This document shows positions 31,768 to 41,771 of a stretch of DNA of 47,380 nt, piece by piece. The notes under the pieces were generated by a model, which saw nothing but the letters and a program-made list of their open reading frames with translations, did not search any database and had not been told where the DNA came from. This DNA comes from Candidatus Woesearchaeota archaeon (lineage in GTDB: Archaea > Nanobdellota > Nanobdellia > Pacearchaeales > GW2011-AR1): contig CAZOOJ010000024.1 in NCBI GenBank assembly GCA_964581415.1, positions 1 through 47,380 on the forward strand, written 5' to 3'. Both the position numbers and the translations under genes were made by a program. Within the stretch, counting starts at the first letter, position 1; the number at the start of each line of letters is the position of its first letter.

Positions 31768-33816
31768 ATGTTCATAAAAAAAATAAAATTAAAGAATATA
31801 AGAAGTTATAAAAGTCAGGAAATTGAATTTTCAAAAGGTTCTACATTATTGTCAGGAGACATAGGCTCAGGAAAAACTTCTATTCTTTTAGGAATTGAAT
31901 TTGCGTTGTTTGGATTACAACCAGGACAGAGAGGCTCTTCTTTGTTGAGAAATGGAGAAAATGAAGGAAAAGTAAGCATAGAATTTGAAATAGATGAAAA
32001 AAATATTTCAATTGAGAGAAGTTTAAAAAGAGGAAAAACAATCTCTCAAAGCAATTGTATAATTGAAGTAGATAATGAAAAAAAAGAGCTTTCTGTTACA
32101 GAATTAAAAGATAGAGTTTTAGAATTATTAAATTATCCAAAAGAATTCTCAAAAAAACAAAATATTCTTTACAAATTCACAGTTTACACTCCACAAGAAG
32201 AAATGAAACAAATAATTCTTGAAGATCCTGATACAAGGACTAATACTTTAAGGCATGTTTTTGGAATAGATAAATACAAGAAAATTCTTGAAAATGTCTC
32301 TCTGCTTTTATCAAGAATAAGAGAAGAAAAAAGAAATAAAGAAGGAAAAATTTCCAATTTGGAAAGGAATAAATTAGAATTAATTGAAAAAGAAAATGAA
32401 ATTGAAACAAAAAATTATAATTTAATTTCAATAGAGAAAGAACTTTTTTTAAAAAAAGAAAATAGAAGAAAAATTCAAGAAGAACAAAAAGAAATTCTAA
32501 AGAAGATAGAAGAGAAAAATAGAATACAGCAGGAAATTGAAAAAACAAGATTTATAATTTCAAATAAAACAGAATCTATAAATGAGAATGAAAGATTAAT
32601 AAAAAATATAGAAGAACAAATAGAAGAACTTAACAAACTGTCTTTTGAGGAATCTAAAATTCAAAGAATTGAAGAAGAAATTTCTGATAATAAAAAAGAA
32701 AAAGAAAATTTATATAAAAAAAATTTAGATATAAATTCTCAAATTAATTCTATTAATTATAAGAATGAAGAGAATGTAAAATTAGAGCAGAAAATTTCTA
32801 ATTTGGAAATCTGTCCAACATGTCTGCAGGAAGTAGATGCTGTCTATAGGGCTAATGTTCTTAACAGCCTCCATTCAAAAACAGCAGAAAATAAAAGAAA
32901 TCTTGAAGTGCTTGAAGAAGAAAGAGAAAAAATCTCTGAAAAATTGAGAAGAATAGAAGAGAGTATTTCGTTAAATGAAAAAAAATTTCAGGAATTAAAT
33001 ATCTTGAAGATTAAACTTCAAACTATTCAGGAAAAACAGAATAGATTAGAAGAACTTAAAAAATTAAATGTCTCTATTGAAAGAGATATTAACCTTTTAG
33101 AAGAACATAATCAAATTTTAAAAAGCTCTATGGAAAAATTAATTGAATTTGATGAAATTTCAAGAAAAAAACAAAAGGAACTTGATTATGCTCTGAAAGA
33201 AGAAAAAAATTATGAGATAAAAGTTGCAGAATTAAAAAAAGAAATAGAAGTTTTTTCTATTCATATTGAAGAGTTAAAGAAAAAAATAAAAGAAACAGAA
33301 GAAATAAAAAAACATCTTAATTATATCTCAGAACTTGAAAATTGGCTATCTAAAAATTTTATGCTGGTTATTTCATATGTTGAAAGAAATGTGATGATAA
33401 AACTTAAAACAGATTTTTCTAAACTTTTTGAAGAATGGTTTGATATGCTGGTTTCAGACAACTTTAATATTCATCTTAATGATAATTTTACACCCATAAT
33501 TGAGCAACAAGATTATGAGATTGATTATGCTTATCTTTCAGGAGGAGAAAGAACTGCGATTGCTTTAGCATATCGTTTAGCATTAAATCAGGTTATTAAT
33601 TCGCTATTAAGCAAAATAAAAACAAGGGATTTAGTTATTTTAGACGAACCTACAGATGGATTTTCTGAGCAACAGTTAGATAAAATGAGAGATGTTTTAC
33701 AAGAATTAAATATAAAGCAACTTATCATTGTAAGCCATGAACAAAAAATAGAAGGTTTTGTGGAAAATGTTTTTAAATTAAAAAAAGAGGGAGGTATTAG
33801 CAAAGCTGAGATTTAA
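31768..33816 (+). CDS. rad50: Rad50 ATPase (short coiled-coil form, 682 aa)
   Basis: Walker A GDIGSGKTS, zinc hook CPTC mid-protein, signature LSGGERTAIALAYRLAL, Walker B LVILDEPTDGF, and a long K/E-rich coiled coil. Confidence 0.9.
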   Translation: MFIKKIKLKNIRSYKSQEIEFSKGSTLLSGDIGSGKTSILLGIEFALFGLQPGQRGSSLLRNGENEGKVSIEFEIDEKNISIERSLKRGKTISQSNCIIEVDNEKKELSVTELKDRVLELLNYPKEFSKKQNILYKFTVYTPQEEMKQIILEDPDTRTNTLRHVFGIDKYKKILENVSLLLSRIREEKRNKEGKISNLERNKLELIEKENEIETKNYNLISIEKELFLKKENRRKIQEEQKEILKKIEEKNRIQQEIEKTRFIISNKTESINENERLIKNIEEQIEELNKLSFEESKIQRIEEEISDNKKEKENLYKKNLDINSQINSINYKNEENVKLEQKISNLEICPTCLQEVDAVYRANVLNSLHSKTAENKRNLEVLEEEREKISEKLRRIEESISLNEKKFQELNILKIKLQTIQEKQNRLEELKKLNVSIERDINLLEEHNQILKSSMEKLIEFDEISRKKQKELDYALKEEKNYEIKVAELKKEIEVFSIHIEELKKKIKETEEIKKHLNYISELENWLSKNFMLVISYVERNVMIKLKTDFSKLFEEWFDMLVSDNFNIHLNDNFTPIIEQQDYEIDYAYLSGGERTAIALAYRLALNQVINSLLSKIKTRDLVILDEPTDGFSEQQLDKMRDVLQELNIKQLIIVSHEQKIEGFVENVFKLKKEGGISKAEI

Positions 33817-33827
33817 TTTTCCTAATC

Positions 33828-33843
33828 CGAAAGCTTTAAATAA
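33828..33843 (+). promoter_or_regulatory. Candidate BRE/TATA box (CGAAAGCTTTAAATAA) upstream of psmB
   Basis: Same box as at 3840..3855. It lies about 60 nt upstream of the psmB ATG. Confidence 0.35.
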
Positions 33844-33900
33844 TACTTTTTAATAAAAATATTATAACTTCTAAAAAAATATGAAGTATTCTTACTAAAA

Positions 33901-34575
33901 ATGGATGAAGAATTAAAGAATTCAATATTAAAGACAGGAACAACTATTCTTGGAATAGTTTGCAGAGATGGAATTGTTATGGCTGCTGACAGGCAGGTTA
34001 CAGCAGGAACAGTAATTCATGGTAAAGATAAAGAGAAAGTAATTCAATTAAATGATTATATTGTTTTCTCTGGTTGTGGTTTAGCTGCAGCTTCAGACAG
34101 AATTAAAAAGATTCTTCCAGCAGAATTAAGATTAAAAGAACTTCGTTCAAAATCACGTCCTACAGTAAAACAAGCAGCAAGTCTTTTAGCTACGATAGTT
34201 TACTATACTATAAGGCAACCTTCAATGATTCCTGACCAGATGGGTGCTTTAATTGCAGGTATTAATGAAGACAGTTCTTTTGAATTATACACTATAGATC
34301 CTGCAGGAAGTATTCAAAAAATAGAAGAATATGATGCAAACTTTGGCTCTGGAATGCCTTATGTTCTTGGACTTCTTGAAAGACAATATAAAAAAGATAT
34401 TACTGTTAAAGAAGGAGTTGAATTAGCAAAAGAAGCATTAAAATCTTCAACTCAAAGAGATATTGGAAGTGGTTATGGAATTGATATTTTTACAATAACA
34501 AAAAATGGAATAGCTAAAGCAGTAACACAAGAAATTTTACCAGAATATAAAGATGAAAAAGAAAAAGACAAATAA
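33901..34575 (+). CDS. psmB: Proteasome subunit beta (with short propeptide)
   Basis: KTGTTILGIVCRDGIVMAADRQVTAG. The N-terminal Thr nucleophile context follows a propeptide of about 12 aa. Confidence 0.92.
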   Translation: MDEELKNSILKTGTTILGIVCRDGIVMAADRQVTAGTVIHGKDKEKVIQLNDYIVFSGCGLAAASDRIKKILPAELRLKELRSKSRPTVKQAASLLATIVYYTIRQPSMIPDQMGALIAGINEDSSFELYTIDPAGSIQKIEEYDANFGSGMPYVLGLLERQYKKDITVKEGVELAKEALKSSTQRDIGSGYGIDIFTITKNGIAKAVTQEILPEYKDEKEKDK

Positions 34576-34667
34576 TTAATCTTAATTAAATAAAAGATTT
34601 CAAATAAAAAATATTTTTAATTATTTAATAAATCAAGCACAAAGTGCGATACAAAATCTAAACAAAA

Positions 34668-36551
34668 ATGGAAATTCTAAAAACAATAATTGATAAACTC
34701 GGAGAAAAAATAACTGAAGCAGGTTTTGAAGGAGCTAATATAGTTTTATACACAAATAACGAAGAATTCTTTAAAGATGGAGAAAGCAGGATAAAAGAGA
34801 TTGTAAATGAAATAAAAAAAAGAATTGAATTAAGAGCAGATCCAAAAATTCTTCTTGAAGAGGATAAAACAAAAGAAGAAATAAAAAAAATAGTTCCAGA
34901 AGAAGCAGAAGTTACAGATATTCATTTTGATTTTCATAGAAGTATAGTTGTTATAGAAGCGAAAAAACCAGGACTAGTTATAGGAAAACAAGGAAGTATA
35001 CTAGAAGAAATAAAAAGAAAAACTTTATGGACTCCGCAAATTCAGAGAAGTCCTGCGATAAAAAGCAAAATAACAGAGAACATAAGAGAAGTTTTGTATG
35101 CTAACAGCAATTATAGAAGAAAATTTTTAAATGATGTTGGAAAAAAAATTTATGAAGAGTGGAATCCTGAAAAAACAAATGAATGGATAAGAGTTACTTT
35201 TCTTGGAGGAGCAAGACAGGTAGGAAGAAGTGGAATTTTATTACAAACTCCGAACTCAAAAGTTTTATTGGACTGCGGAATTGATGTAGCATCATCAGGA
35301 GAAGAAAAGTTTCCAATTTTTAATATTCCTGAATTTAATATAACTCAGTTAGACGCTGTTGTTATAAGTCACGCACATTTGGATCATGTAGGCTTACTGC
35401 CTTATTTATATAAAATGGGATATAAAGGACCTGTATATATGACTATGCCTACTCGTGATATTGCATCGTTAATATCCTTGGACTTCATAGGTGTAGCTTA
35501 CAAACAAGCAACACAACCATTATTTGAATCTAAAGATATCAAAGAGATGGTAAAGCATACTATTTGTGTTGGATACAACGAAGTTACAGATATAACTCCT
35601 GATGTAAGATTAACATTTTATAATTCTGGACATGCTTTAGGAAGTGCTATATCTCATCTAAACATAGGCAATGGTTCTCATAATTTAGTTTATACAGGAG
35701 ATTACAAATACGGACATTCAAGATTATTAGACCCTGCAATAGCAAATTTTCCAAGAGTAGAAACAGTTATAACAGAAGCAACCTATGGTTCAAAAAAAGA
35801 TATACTGCCTCCAAGAAGAGAAGCAGAAGAGAAGCTTATAGAAGTTGTAAATAAAACTATAAAAAGAAATGGAAAAGTTTTAATTCCTGAACTAGGTTTA
35901 GGAAGAGCGCAGGAATCTATGTTAATACTGGAAAATGCTATTAAAGAAGGAAAATTAAAAGAAATTCCAATTTATATTGATGGAATGATTTGGGATATAA
36001 ATGCTATTCATACAGCTTATCCTGATTTTCTAAGTGGAAAAATTAGAAACCAGATTTTTCAGGATCAAAATCCTTTTGTATCAAAATATTTTTCAAGAGT
36101 CGGTTCTCCTCAGGAAAGAAAAGAAGTTATAGAAGGAGGACCTTGTGTTGTTCTGGCAACTTCAGGTATGCTCGTAGGAGGTGCTTCAGTTGAATATTTA
36201 AGAGAATTCGCAGGCAATAAAAACAATGCTATCATATTTGTCTGTTATCAAGGTATAGGAAGTTTAGGAAGACAGGTTCAGGAAGGATTAAAACAAACAA
36301 AGATGAATGTGAATGGAGGAGATGAAATTGTAGATATAAATTTAGAAGTTCAAACCATAGAGGGCTTAACAGCACATGCAGGAAGAAATGAAATACTCTC
36401 TTTCTTCAACAATATGAAACCAAAAGCAAAAAGAATAATAATCAATCATGGAGAAGTTTCAAAATGTCTTGACTTAGCATCAGCACTTTACAAACTCAAT
36501 CGAGTTGAGACAAATGTTCCTAGAAATCTGGAAACATTAAGATTGAAGTAA
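34668..36551 (+). CDS. fttA: aCPSF1/FttA: KH-KH-metallo-beta-lactamase-beta-CASP ribonuclease / transcription termination factor
   Basis: 627 aa. N-terminal KH-like region (GLVIGKQGSILEEIK). MBL VISHAHLDHVGLLPYL. C-terminal beta-CASP motifs. Lies next to psmB, as in many archaea. Confidence 0.9.
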   Translation: MEILKTIIDKLGEKITEAGFEGANIVLYTNNEEFFKDGESRIKEIVNEIKKRIELRADPKILLEEDKTKEEIKKIVPEEAEVTDIHFDFHRSIVVIEAKKPGLVIGKQGSILEEIKRKTLWTPQIQRSPAIKSKITENIREVLYANSNYRRKFLNDVGKKIYEEWNPEKTNEWIRVTFLGGARQVGRSGILLQTPNSKVLLDCGIDVASSGEEKFPIFNIPEFNITQLDAVVISHAHLDHVGLLPYLYKMGYKGPVYMTMPTRDIASLISLDFIGVAYKQATQPLFESKDIKEMVKHTICVGYNEVTDITPDVRLTFYNSGHALGSAISHLNIGNGSHNLVYTGDYKYGHSRLLDPAIANFPRVETVITEATYGSKKDILPPRREAEEKLIEVVNKTIKRNGKVLIPELGLGRAQESMLILENAIKEGKLKEIPIYIDGMIWDINAIHTAYPDFLSGKIRNQIFQDQNPFVSKYFSRVGSPQERKEVIEGGPCVVLATSGMLVGGASVEYLREFAGNKNNAIIFVCYQGIGSLGRQVQEGLKQTKMNVNGGDEIVDINLEVQTIEGLTAHAGRNEILSFFNNMKPKAKRIIINHGEVSKCLDLASALYKLNRVETNVPRNLETLRLK

Positions 36552-36707
36552 TTTCTTATTCTAATAAAAAATTGCCTAAAGAAATTATAATTTGCAGTAT
36601 ATTAAGAGTTTATTGATATATAATTTTTCTACTTCTGATTACTAAATTACTAAACTAATGAATATTAAATTCATCAACTTTAAAAACATATTTCTCTTTT
36701 GTGTTTA

Positions 36708-36974
36708 ATGGAAAAGAAAAAAAGATGGGTTCAGAATATAAAAACAGTATCTACTTTTCCTCCTGAAAAAATATTTACTAAAGATGCTGAGACTATTGCG
36801 AGAGTCATGGCAAGAAAAAATGTCAGTCCAAAAGGAATTGGTTCAGCTATAAAAATGGTGCAATATTTTATTAATCGTTCTGGAAAAGGATTATCTAAAA
36901 AAAGAAAACAAGAGTTAGAAAAAGCAAAAAAAATACTTCAGGAAAAAAATAAAAAATTAAAAAAGGAAAAATGA
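36708..36974 (+). CDS. Small basic protein, DUF3175-like (tentative)
   Basis: TKDAETIARVMARKNVSPKGIGSAIKMVQYFINRSGKGLSKKRKQELEKAKKIL resembles my recollection of DUF3175. ATG at 36708 is preferred to the TTG at 36699. ATGA overlap with the next gene. Confidence 0.5.
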   Translation: MEKKKRWVQNIKTVSTFPPEKIFTKDAETIARVMARKNVSPKGIGSAIKMVQYFINRSGKGLSKKRKQELEKAKKILQEKNKKLKKEK

Positions 36975-37948
36975 AACATAGTTTGAAAATAACGATTTTG
37001 CTTTTAGTAATGTTTATTCTAACACAATTTATTGGAATTTATGTAGTGGATTATTATTCAGAAACAAAGATTATTGACGGAGAAATTCAGGATATTTCTG
37101 CTCCCAATCTTCCTTATGGAATGCAAACACCTGAAGAAGCTGATATTAAATGTGAAATAAATTCCTTTCCAGATTTTTTTAAATGCACACAGTATCTTTA
37201 TTTTCTTATAATAGCTTTTATTATGGCTATGATTCTTTTATTTTTATTTACTAAATTTGAAATTAAATTTATTTTAAAACTATGGTTTTTCGCAGTTGTG
37301 ATTATTGCATTAGGAATTTCTCTTACATCGATTCTTCCATTAGAATACAAAGCGTCTCTTATTGCCCTAATTTTAGCTATTCCCTTAGCCTATATTAAAA
37401 TTTATAAAAAAGAATTTTTAGTTCATAATCTGACAGAGCTTTTAATTTATCCTGGAATTGCAGCAGTCTTTGTTCCAATTCTAAATCTTCTCACAATAAT
37501 TATTCTTCTTATTCTAATATCTATTTATGATATCTGGGCTGTTTGGCATTCTGGAGTTATGCAAAAAATGGCTAAGTATCAGATAGACAAACTAAATATA
37601 TTTTCAGGTTTCTTTATTCCTTATGCTAACAGAAAAACAAAAGAGGAAATTAAAAAGTGGAAAGAAAGATATGAAAAAAAGAAAATTTCAAAAACGAAAT
37701 TTAAATCTCAAAAATTCAAAATTAATGTTGCTATTTTAGGAGGAGGAGATATAGTCTTTCCAATAATTGCTGCAGGAGTTATGTTAAAGACTATTGGAGT
37801 TTATTCTGCTTTTCTTATAAGTATAGGAGCGACATTAGGATTAGCTTATTTATTCTTCTTTGCAAAAAAGAAAAAGTTTTATCCTGCAATGCCTTTTATA
37901 ACAGCAGGAATTTTTGCTGGAATGATTGCTAGTTGGATTATTTTTTAG
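36971..37948 (+). CDS. Presenilin/signal-peptide-peptidase family intramembrane aspartyl protease (A22, archaeal PSH-like)
   Basis: Polytopic. First catalytic YD in LISIYDIWAV. GxGD in ILGGGDIVFP. PAL-like YPAMPF near the C-terminus. Confidence 0.8.
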   Translation: MKHSLKITILLLVMFILTQFIGIYVVDYYSETKIIDGEIQDISAPNLPYGMQTPEEADIKCEINSFPDFFKCTQYLYFLIIAFIMAMILLFLFTKFEIKFILKLWFFAVVIIALGISLTSILPLEYKASLIALILAIPLAYIKIYKKEFLVHNLTELLIYPGIAAVFVPILNLLTIIILLILISIYDIWAVWHSGVMQKMAKYQIDKLNIFSGFFIPYANRKTKEEIKKWKERYEKKKISKTKFKSQKFKINVAILGGGDIVFPIIAAGVMLKTIGVYSAFLISIGATLGLAYLFFFAKKKKFYPAMPFITAGIFAGMIASWIIF

Positions 37949-37951
37949 GAA

Positions 37952-38203
37952 TTATTTTTTTGCAGTAACTATTAAAGATTCTGAATAAACTCTAGAAATT
38001 TGAGTAGTTTTAATCATTATCTCTGCTCCTAGAATTAACTGAGTTTTTAGAGGTCTTATTTTAAGTATATCTTCTTCAGTATAATAAGGAACTCCAGAAT
38101 ATTCTTTTCCAGAATTCAGAGTGAATCTGCAAACTTTTCCAATATATTCTGAAAATTCATTTTTTTTATTGTTATTTAATTTCTCTTCAAATCCCATAAT
38201 CAA
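37952..38203 (-). CDS. Hypothetical 83-aa protein (weak Sm-like pattern)
   Basis: The ORF is convergent with the protease gene. IGKVCRFTLNSGKEYSGVPYY...ILKIRPL is only loosely Sm1-like. Confidence 0.4.
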   Translation of the reverse strand: MIMGFEEKLNNNKKNEFSEYIGKVCRFTLNSGKEYSGVPYYTEEDILKIRPLKTQLILGAEIMIKTTQISRVYSESLIVTAKK

Positions 38204-38322
38204 AAAAGTTTTTTTCTATTTATAAATCTTACTTCTTGTTCTTACTCCTTAAAAGTAACAGATAGTAAAATTTATAAAGGATTTAAAATTAGAAGATAAA
38301 TCTAAAATCAGAGATTTTTAGA

Positions 38323-39105
38323 ATGATAGTACAACAAGAACTAATAAACAGAATTAAAGATTATTTTGGTTTGAATATCTATGAAACTAAAGTTTGGTTA
38401 GCTTTGCTTGGAAAAGGTGTCGCTTCAGCAGGAGAAATTGCAAATATTTCTGGTGTTCCGAGAAGCAGAACTTATGATGTTTTGGAAAGTTTAGAAAAAA
38501 AAGGTTTTGCGATTATAAGACTTGAAAAACCCATCAAATATCTCGGAGTTAAACCCAAATTAATGATTGAAAAATTAAAAAAAGACATAAGAAAAGAAGC
38601 AGAGGAAAGAATGATTAATATTTCTAACATAAAAGAGACTGAAGAATTTGAAAAATTAGAAGAGCTTTATAAAAAAGGAGAATTTCCAATTAAAAGAGAA
38701 AGTGTTTCTACAGCATTAAGAGGTAGGTCAAATATTACAAATTATTTAAAAGAAATAATCAATAATGCAAAAAAAGAAGTTATAATCTGCACAAATGCTC
38801 TGGAAATCAGAGAAAAAAAGAAATTATTTTCTCAAACTTTTGATATGCTTAAAAAAAAGAGTATTAAAATAAAATTGGTATTATCAGGAAATCCAGATTC
38901 AATTAAGCAGATAAGCGAAGATTTTAAAATGAATATTAAAAAAGTAGATATAGAATCAAAATTTTTTATAATTGATAAAAAAGAGATTTTATTTTATTTG
39001 TCAAAATCATTAGATGAAGAAACTGTTGCAATTTGGCTTAATTCTGATTTTTTTGTTCAGTCTTTCATAGAACTTTTTGAAAAAGCATCCAAAAATGGAA
39101 GATGA
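38323..39105 (+). CDS. TrmB-family transcriptional regulator
   Basis: N-terminal winged HTH: LNIYETKVWLALLGKGVASAGEIANISGVPRSRTYDVLESLEKKGFA. Confidence 0.8.
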   Translation: MIVQQELINRIKDYFGLNIYETKVWLALLGKGVASAGEIANISGVPRSRTYDVLESLEKKGFAIIRLEKPIKYLGVKPKLMIEKLKKDIRKEAEERMINISNIKETEEFEKLEELYKKGEFPIKRESVSTALRGRSNITNYLKEIINNAKKEVIICTNALEIREKKKLFSQTFDMLKKKSIKIKLVLSGNPDSIKQISEDFKMNIKKVDIESKFFIIDKKEILFYLSKSLDEETVAIWLNSDFFVQSFIELFEKASKNGR

Positions 39106-39151
39106 AAAAAAACTTTCTAATTCACCTCCTGAATAAATAGAATAAAATTTT

Positions 39152-40432
39152 TTAATTGAAATAATCAACAATTCTTATATGAATTATGCTCATATCTTTA
39201 ATTTTTTTTCTATTATCTTCTTTCCACTTTTTAATAAATTTTCTAATATTCAAATCAATTTTTTCTTCAGAATAAACTTTATTTTTTCTGATAAATATCT
39301 TTTTGTGCTTTTTTTTAAATAACATCAGATTCTCTTTATCCGATAAGTAAGGGCCTTCAGAAATGATTTTATCTCTTTTTTTAACAACAAAGATATATTC
39401 TGCATCTTTTTTTTCATTGTAAATAAATTTTTTATTTTTTATTTCAAAATATTTTAGAATTTCTTTATTCAAAGATTTATAAAATTTTAATAATTTGCTT
39501 CCAGCAATATCTCCTTCTTGTTTATCAGTAAGAACCTCTAAAAGAATAAATTCAGAATTATTTTTTTTTGCAGATTTTTTTAAATTATCTAAATCTATTT
39601 TTTCTTTTTCAAATTCCTGAATTGAGGATTTTTTCAAAAATTTTCTGCAATCTTTTTTAAATTTTTCAAATGTTTCTGCAGACAGAGCTGCCAGAGTGTT
39701 TCTTTGTTTGTAAGTTGGATCAATAAGTATTATAGGAGAATTAAGTTTAGAGCTATTCAAATTTCTTAGAACTTCCTGCTTATTCTTATAAAATTTTTCT
39801 ATATCTATAATTTCCTTATCCTCTATATTTGTCATAGCTTTTAAAAAGTTTAGGAAACCTCCATAATGACAGATTAATAATTCCAGACTATATCCTGAAA
39901 ATCCTTTTATATATGATTCAGCTCCATAACAATCTTTAGCATAGCAAAAAGCTTTTGCAAGCAATATTTCATTAAGAATTTTTTCGAATTTTATTTTTTT
40001 GTTTAGATATTTCACATGAGAATATGATAAATCAGTTATATTCTCAGCTTCCTTTGAATTTCTTATTTTTTTTACTGGAATCAATTCAAAAAATAAAAAT
40101 TTATTAAGATATATTCTAAAATAATCCCTAGAACCATGCACTTTTATAAAATTAGTGTCCTGAATTATCTTTTCTGTTAATTCAGAAATATTTTTTTCTT
40201 TTTTATTGAATCTTAAAAAAATATCAATATCATACTTTCTTTTTTTAATTAATGTTTTTTTAGCATAACTTCCTCCAATAAAAATTTCTGCTTTTATGTT
40301 CAGTTCTCTAATTCTCTTTTTAATTTCTTTGATAAAGTGTTTAAGATTTTTATCAATTTCCTCTAATTCATCTTTTTTTGGTTTTATTCTTTCTAAAGCT
40401 TCTTTTAAAATTAAATCTATTTTAGCAGTCAT
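39152..40432 (-). CDS. cca: CCA-adding enzyme (class I tRNA nucleotidyltransferase)
   Basis: IGGSYAKKTLIKKRKYDIDIFLRF (GS...DxD Pol-beta nucleotidyltransferase motif). Size 426 aa. Conserved Tyr/His-rich head/neck region. Confidence 0.78.
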   Translation of the reverse strand: MTAKIDLILKEALERIKPKKDELEEIDKNLKHFIKEIKKRIRELNIKAEIFIGGSYAKKTLIKKRKYDIDIFLRFNKKEKNISELTEKIIQDTNFIKVHGSRDYFRIYLNKFLFFELIPVKKIRNSKEAENITDLSYSHVKYLNKKIKFEKILNEILLAKAFCYAKDCYGAESYIKGFSGYSLELLICHYGGFLNFLKAMTNIEDKEIIDIEKFYKNKQEVLRNLNSSKLNSPIILIDPTYKQRNTLAALSAETFEKFKKDCRKFLKKSSIQEFEKEKIDLDNLKKSAKKNNSEFILLEVLTDKQEGDIAGSKLLKFYKSLNKEILKYFEIKNKKFIYNEKKDAEYIFVVKKRDKIISEGPYLSDKENLMLFKKKHKKIFIRKNKVYSEEKIDLNIRKFIKKWKEDNRKKIKDMSIIHIRIVDYFN

Positions 40433-40654
40433 GATTAATGAAAAACAAGAATACTTATAAATCTAATTAATTAAAAATTATAAATTCTTCTAAAAATAAA
40501 TAAACTATAGAATTCTCTCTCATTAATTCATTATATATTTTATAAATTATTCGTTTATTTTACAGATTAATTAAGAGATTTTGTCATCAATTTGATTTCT
40601 TATTATGTTTTATTTTATCAACATTCCTATTAAGATTTAAAATCTTCTTCAATT

Positions 40655-41062
40655 TTATTCGAATTTTTTAATTTCTTTTAAATCCTTTATATCTCTTTTT
40701 AATGTAGAAGCCAAGTCAATTATGTATTTTCCTTCTTCGAGTTTGTAAATTAAAGGCCTTTTTTTATTAAAAAGATTTATTATGTCTATTTCAAATTTTC
40801 CTGGACTCGTTACTCTTATTGATTCTAAATCAAGTATTACTGGAATCTCTTCATCAATAATTCCAGCCATTTCCCTTATATCTCTCTCAACATTTTTTCT
40901 TTCTTCTTTTGGAATTTCTATTGGATTCTCTTTTATTCTTTCTAATTGCTCATCTTTAATATAAAAGAAAAAATGGCTTCCGCAATTTTTACATCCTTCT
41001 AACAACTCTTTGCTTCCAGCAGGAATAATTCTCTTACAATGAACACATTGATGACTTCCCAT
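40655..41062 (-). CDS. Zn-ribbon protein (DUF2072-like), third member of the conserved archaeal GTPase operon
   Basis: HQCVHCKR...GCKNCGSHFFFYIK at the N-terminus. Its ATG overlaps the upstream stop (TAATG). Confidence 0.55.
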   Translation of the reverse strand: MGSHQCVHCKRIIPAGSKELLEGCKNCGSHFFFYIKDEQLERIKENPIEIPKEERKNVERDIREMAGIIDEEIPVILDLESIRVTSPGKFEIDIINLFNKKRPLIYKLEEGKYIIDLASTLKRDIKDLKEIKKFE

Positions 41063-41697
41063 TATACTCTCTCTCCATTTTTTAAAAGATTTATTTCTTT
41101 TAATACTTTTGCACTTTTTCTTCTATTTTCTTCTTTTGTTAACCACTGCAAATTTGAAGAATCAAATGCTTTTGCAACTTCCTCTTTTCTTGTAAGATTA
41201 AAGTTCTTTAAAGGAATTATATGATCTATTTCAAAATTTTCTATTTTCTCTGGAAATGGCTTTAAATTTTCAATTATCTCAATCCAATTAATTCCATATT
41301 TTTTTGAGCTCATTATCTTTCCTGTTTCAGAATATTTTTTCATTGCATGATTTAATGAACGTCGCAATCTATCTGCTATGGCATATCTTTTATCTATTTT
41401 TCTTCTTTCTCTATCTCTCTTATTTATCCTTCTTCTAACTTCAGGTCTTTTTCCATAATCTTCCCAATATTTTTTTCTTTGTTTTCTATATTTTGTAATA
41501 GCAAGAACTCTGTGTTTTTCTTTCCATTCAGGATTATTTTTTCTATATTCTTTCATTCTTAATCTGTATTTTTCTCTTATATTTGGCCTTCTGTTATAAT
41601 GTTTTCTTTGACATATTGCAGAACAAAATCTCCTAGTCCTTAATTTTGCTTTAAACTCTTTATTACAATATTCACATCTTTTCAGAATCATATCCAA
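41062..41697 (-). CDS. Free-standing HNH endonuclease with an N-terminal FCS/TRASH-like zinc finger and basic repeats
   Basis: CEYCNKEF...RFCSAICQRKHY. Repeats of the type EKYRLRMKEYRKNNPEWKEKH / RKKYWEDYGKRPEVRRR. C-terminal HNH EIDHIIPLKNFN...NLQWLTKEENRRK. Confidence 0.8.
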   Translation of the reverse strand: MDMILKRCEYCNKEFKAKLRTRRFCSAICQRKHYNRRPNIREKYRLRMKEYRKNNPEWKEKHRVLAITKYRKQRKKYWEDYGKRPEVRRRINKRDRERRKIDKRYAIADRLRRSLNHAMKKYSETGKIMSSKKYGINWIEIIENLKPFPEKIENFEIDHIIPLKNFNLTRKEEVAKAFDSSNLQWLTKEENRRKSAKVLKEINLLKNGERV

Positions 41698-41771
41698 ATA
41701 AAGATTTAAAAGTTAATAAATTTATTGATTAAAAGTTAGATTATTTAAGTTTTATAACTAAGAACTAATAT

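Noticed and set aside
7112-36710. Longer upstream starts given in the ORF track: HIT 7112, gyrA 7846, eno TTG 22750, rpoK 23351, TM ORF 26976, small ORF 25310 and DUF3175-like TTG 36699
   Set aside because: Each would create a substantial overlap with the preceding gene or relies on TTG. In each case a downstream ATG gives the recurrent 1-nt stop/start junction or aligns with the conserved N-terminus. The shorter models are preferred but not proven.
3318-41224. Other short track ORFs: 3318..3509, 16672..16881, 19385..19639, 29673..29882, 30010..30195, 32240..32548, 33588..33803, 40782..40964 and 41039..41224
   Set aside because: Each overlaps a longer ORF with recognisable motifs, on the same or opposite strand, and has a low-complexity product. 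I treat them as non-coding.
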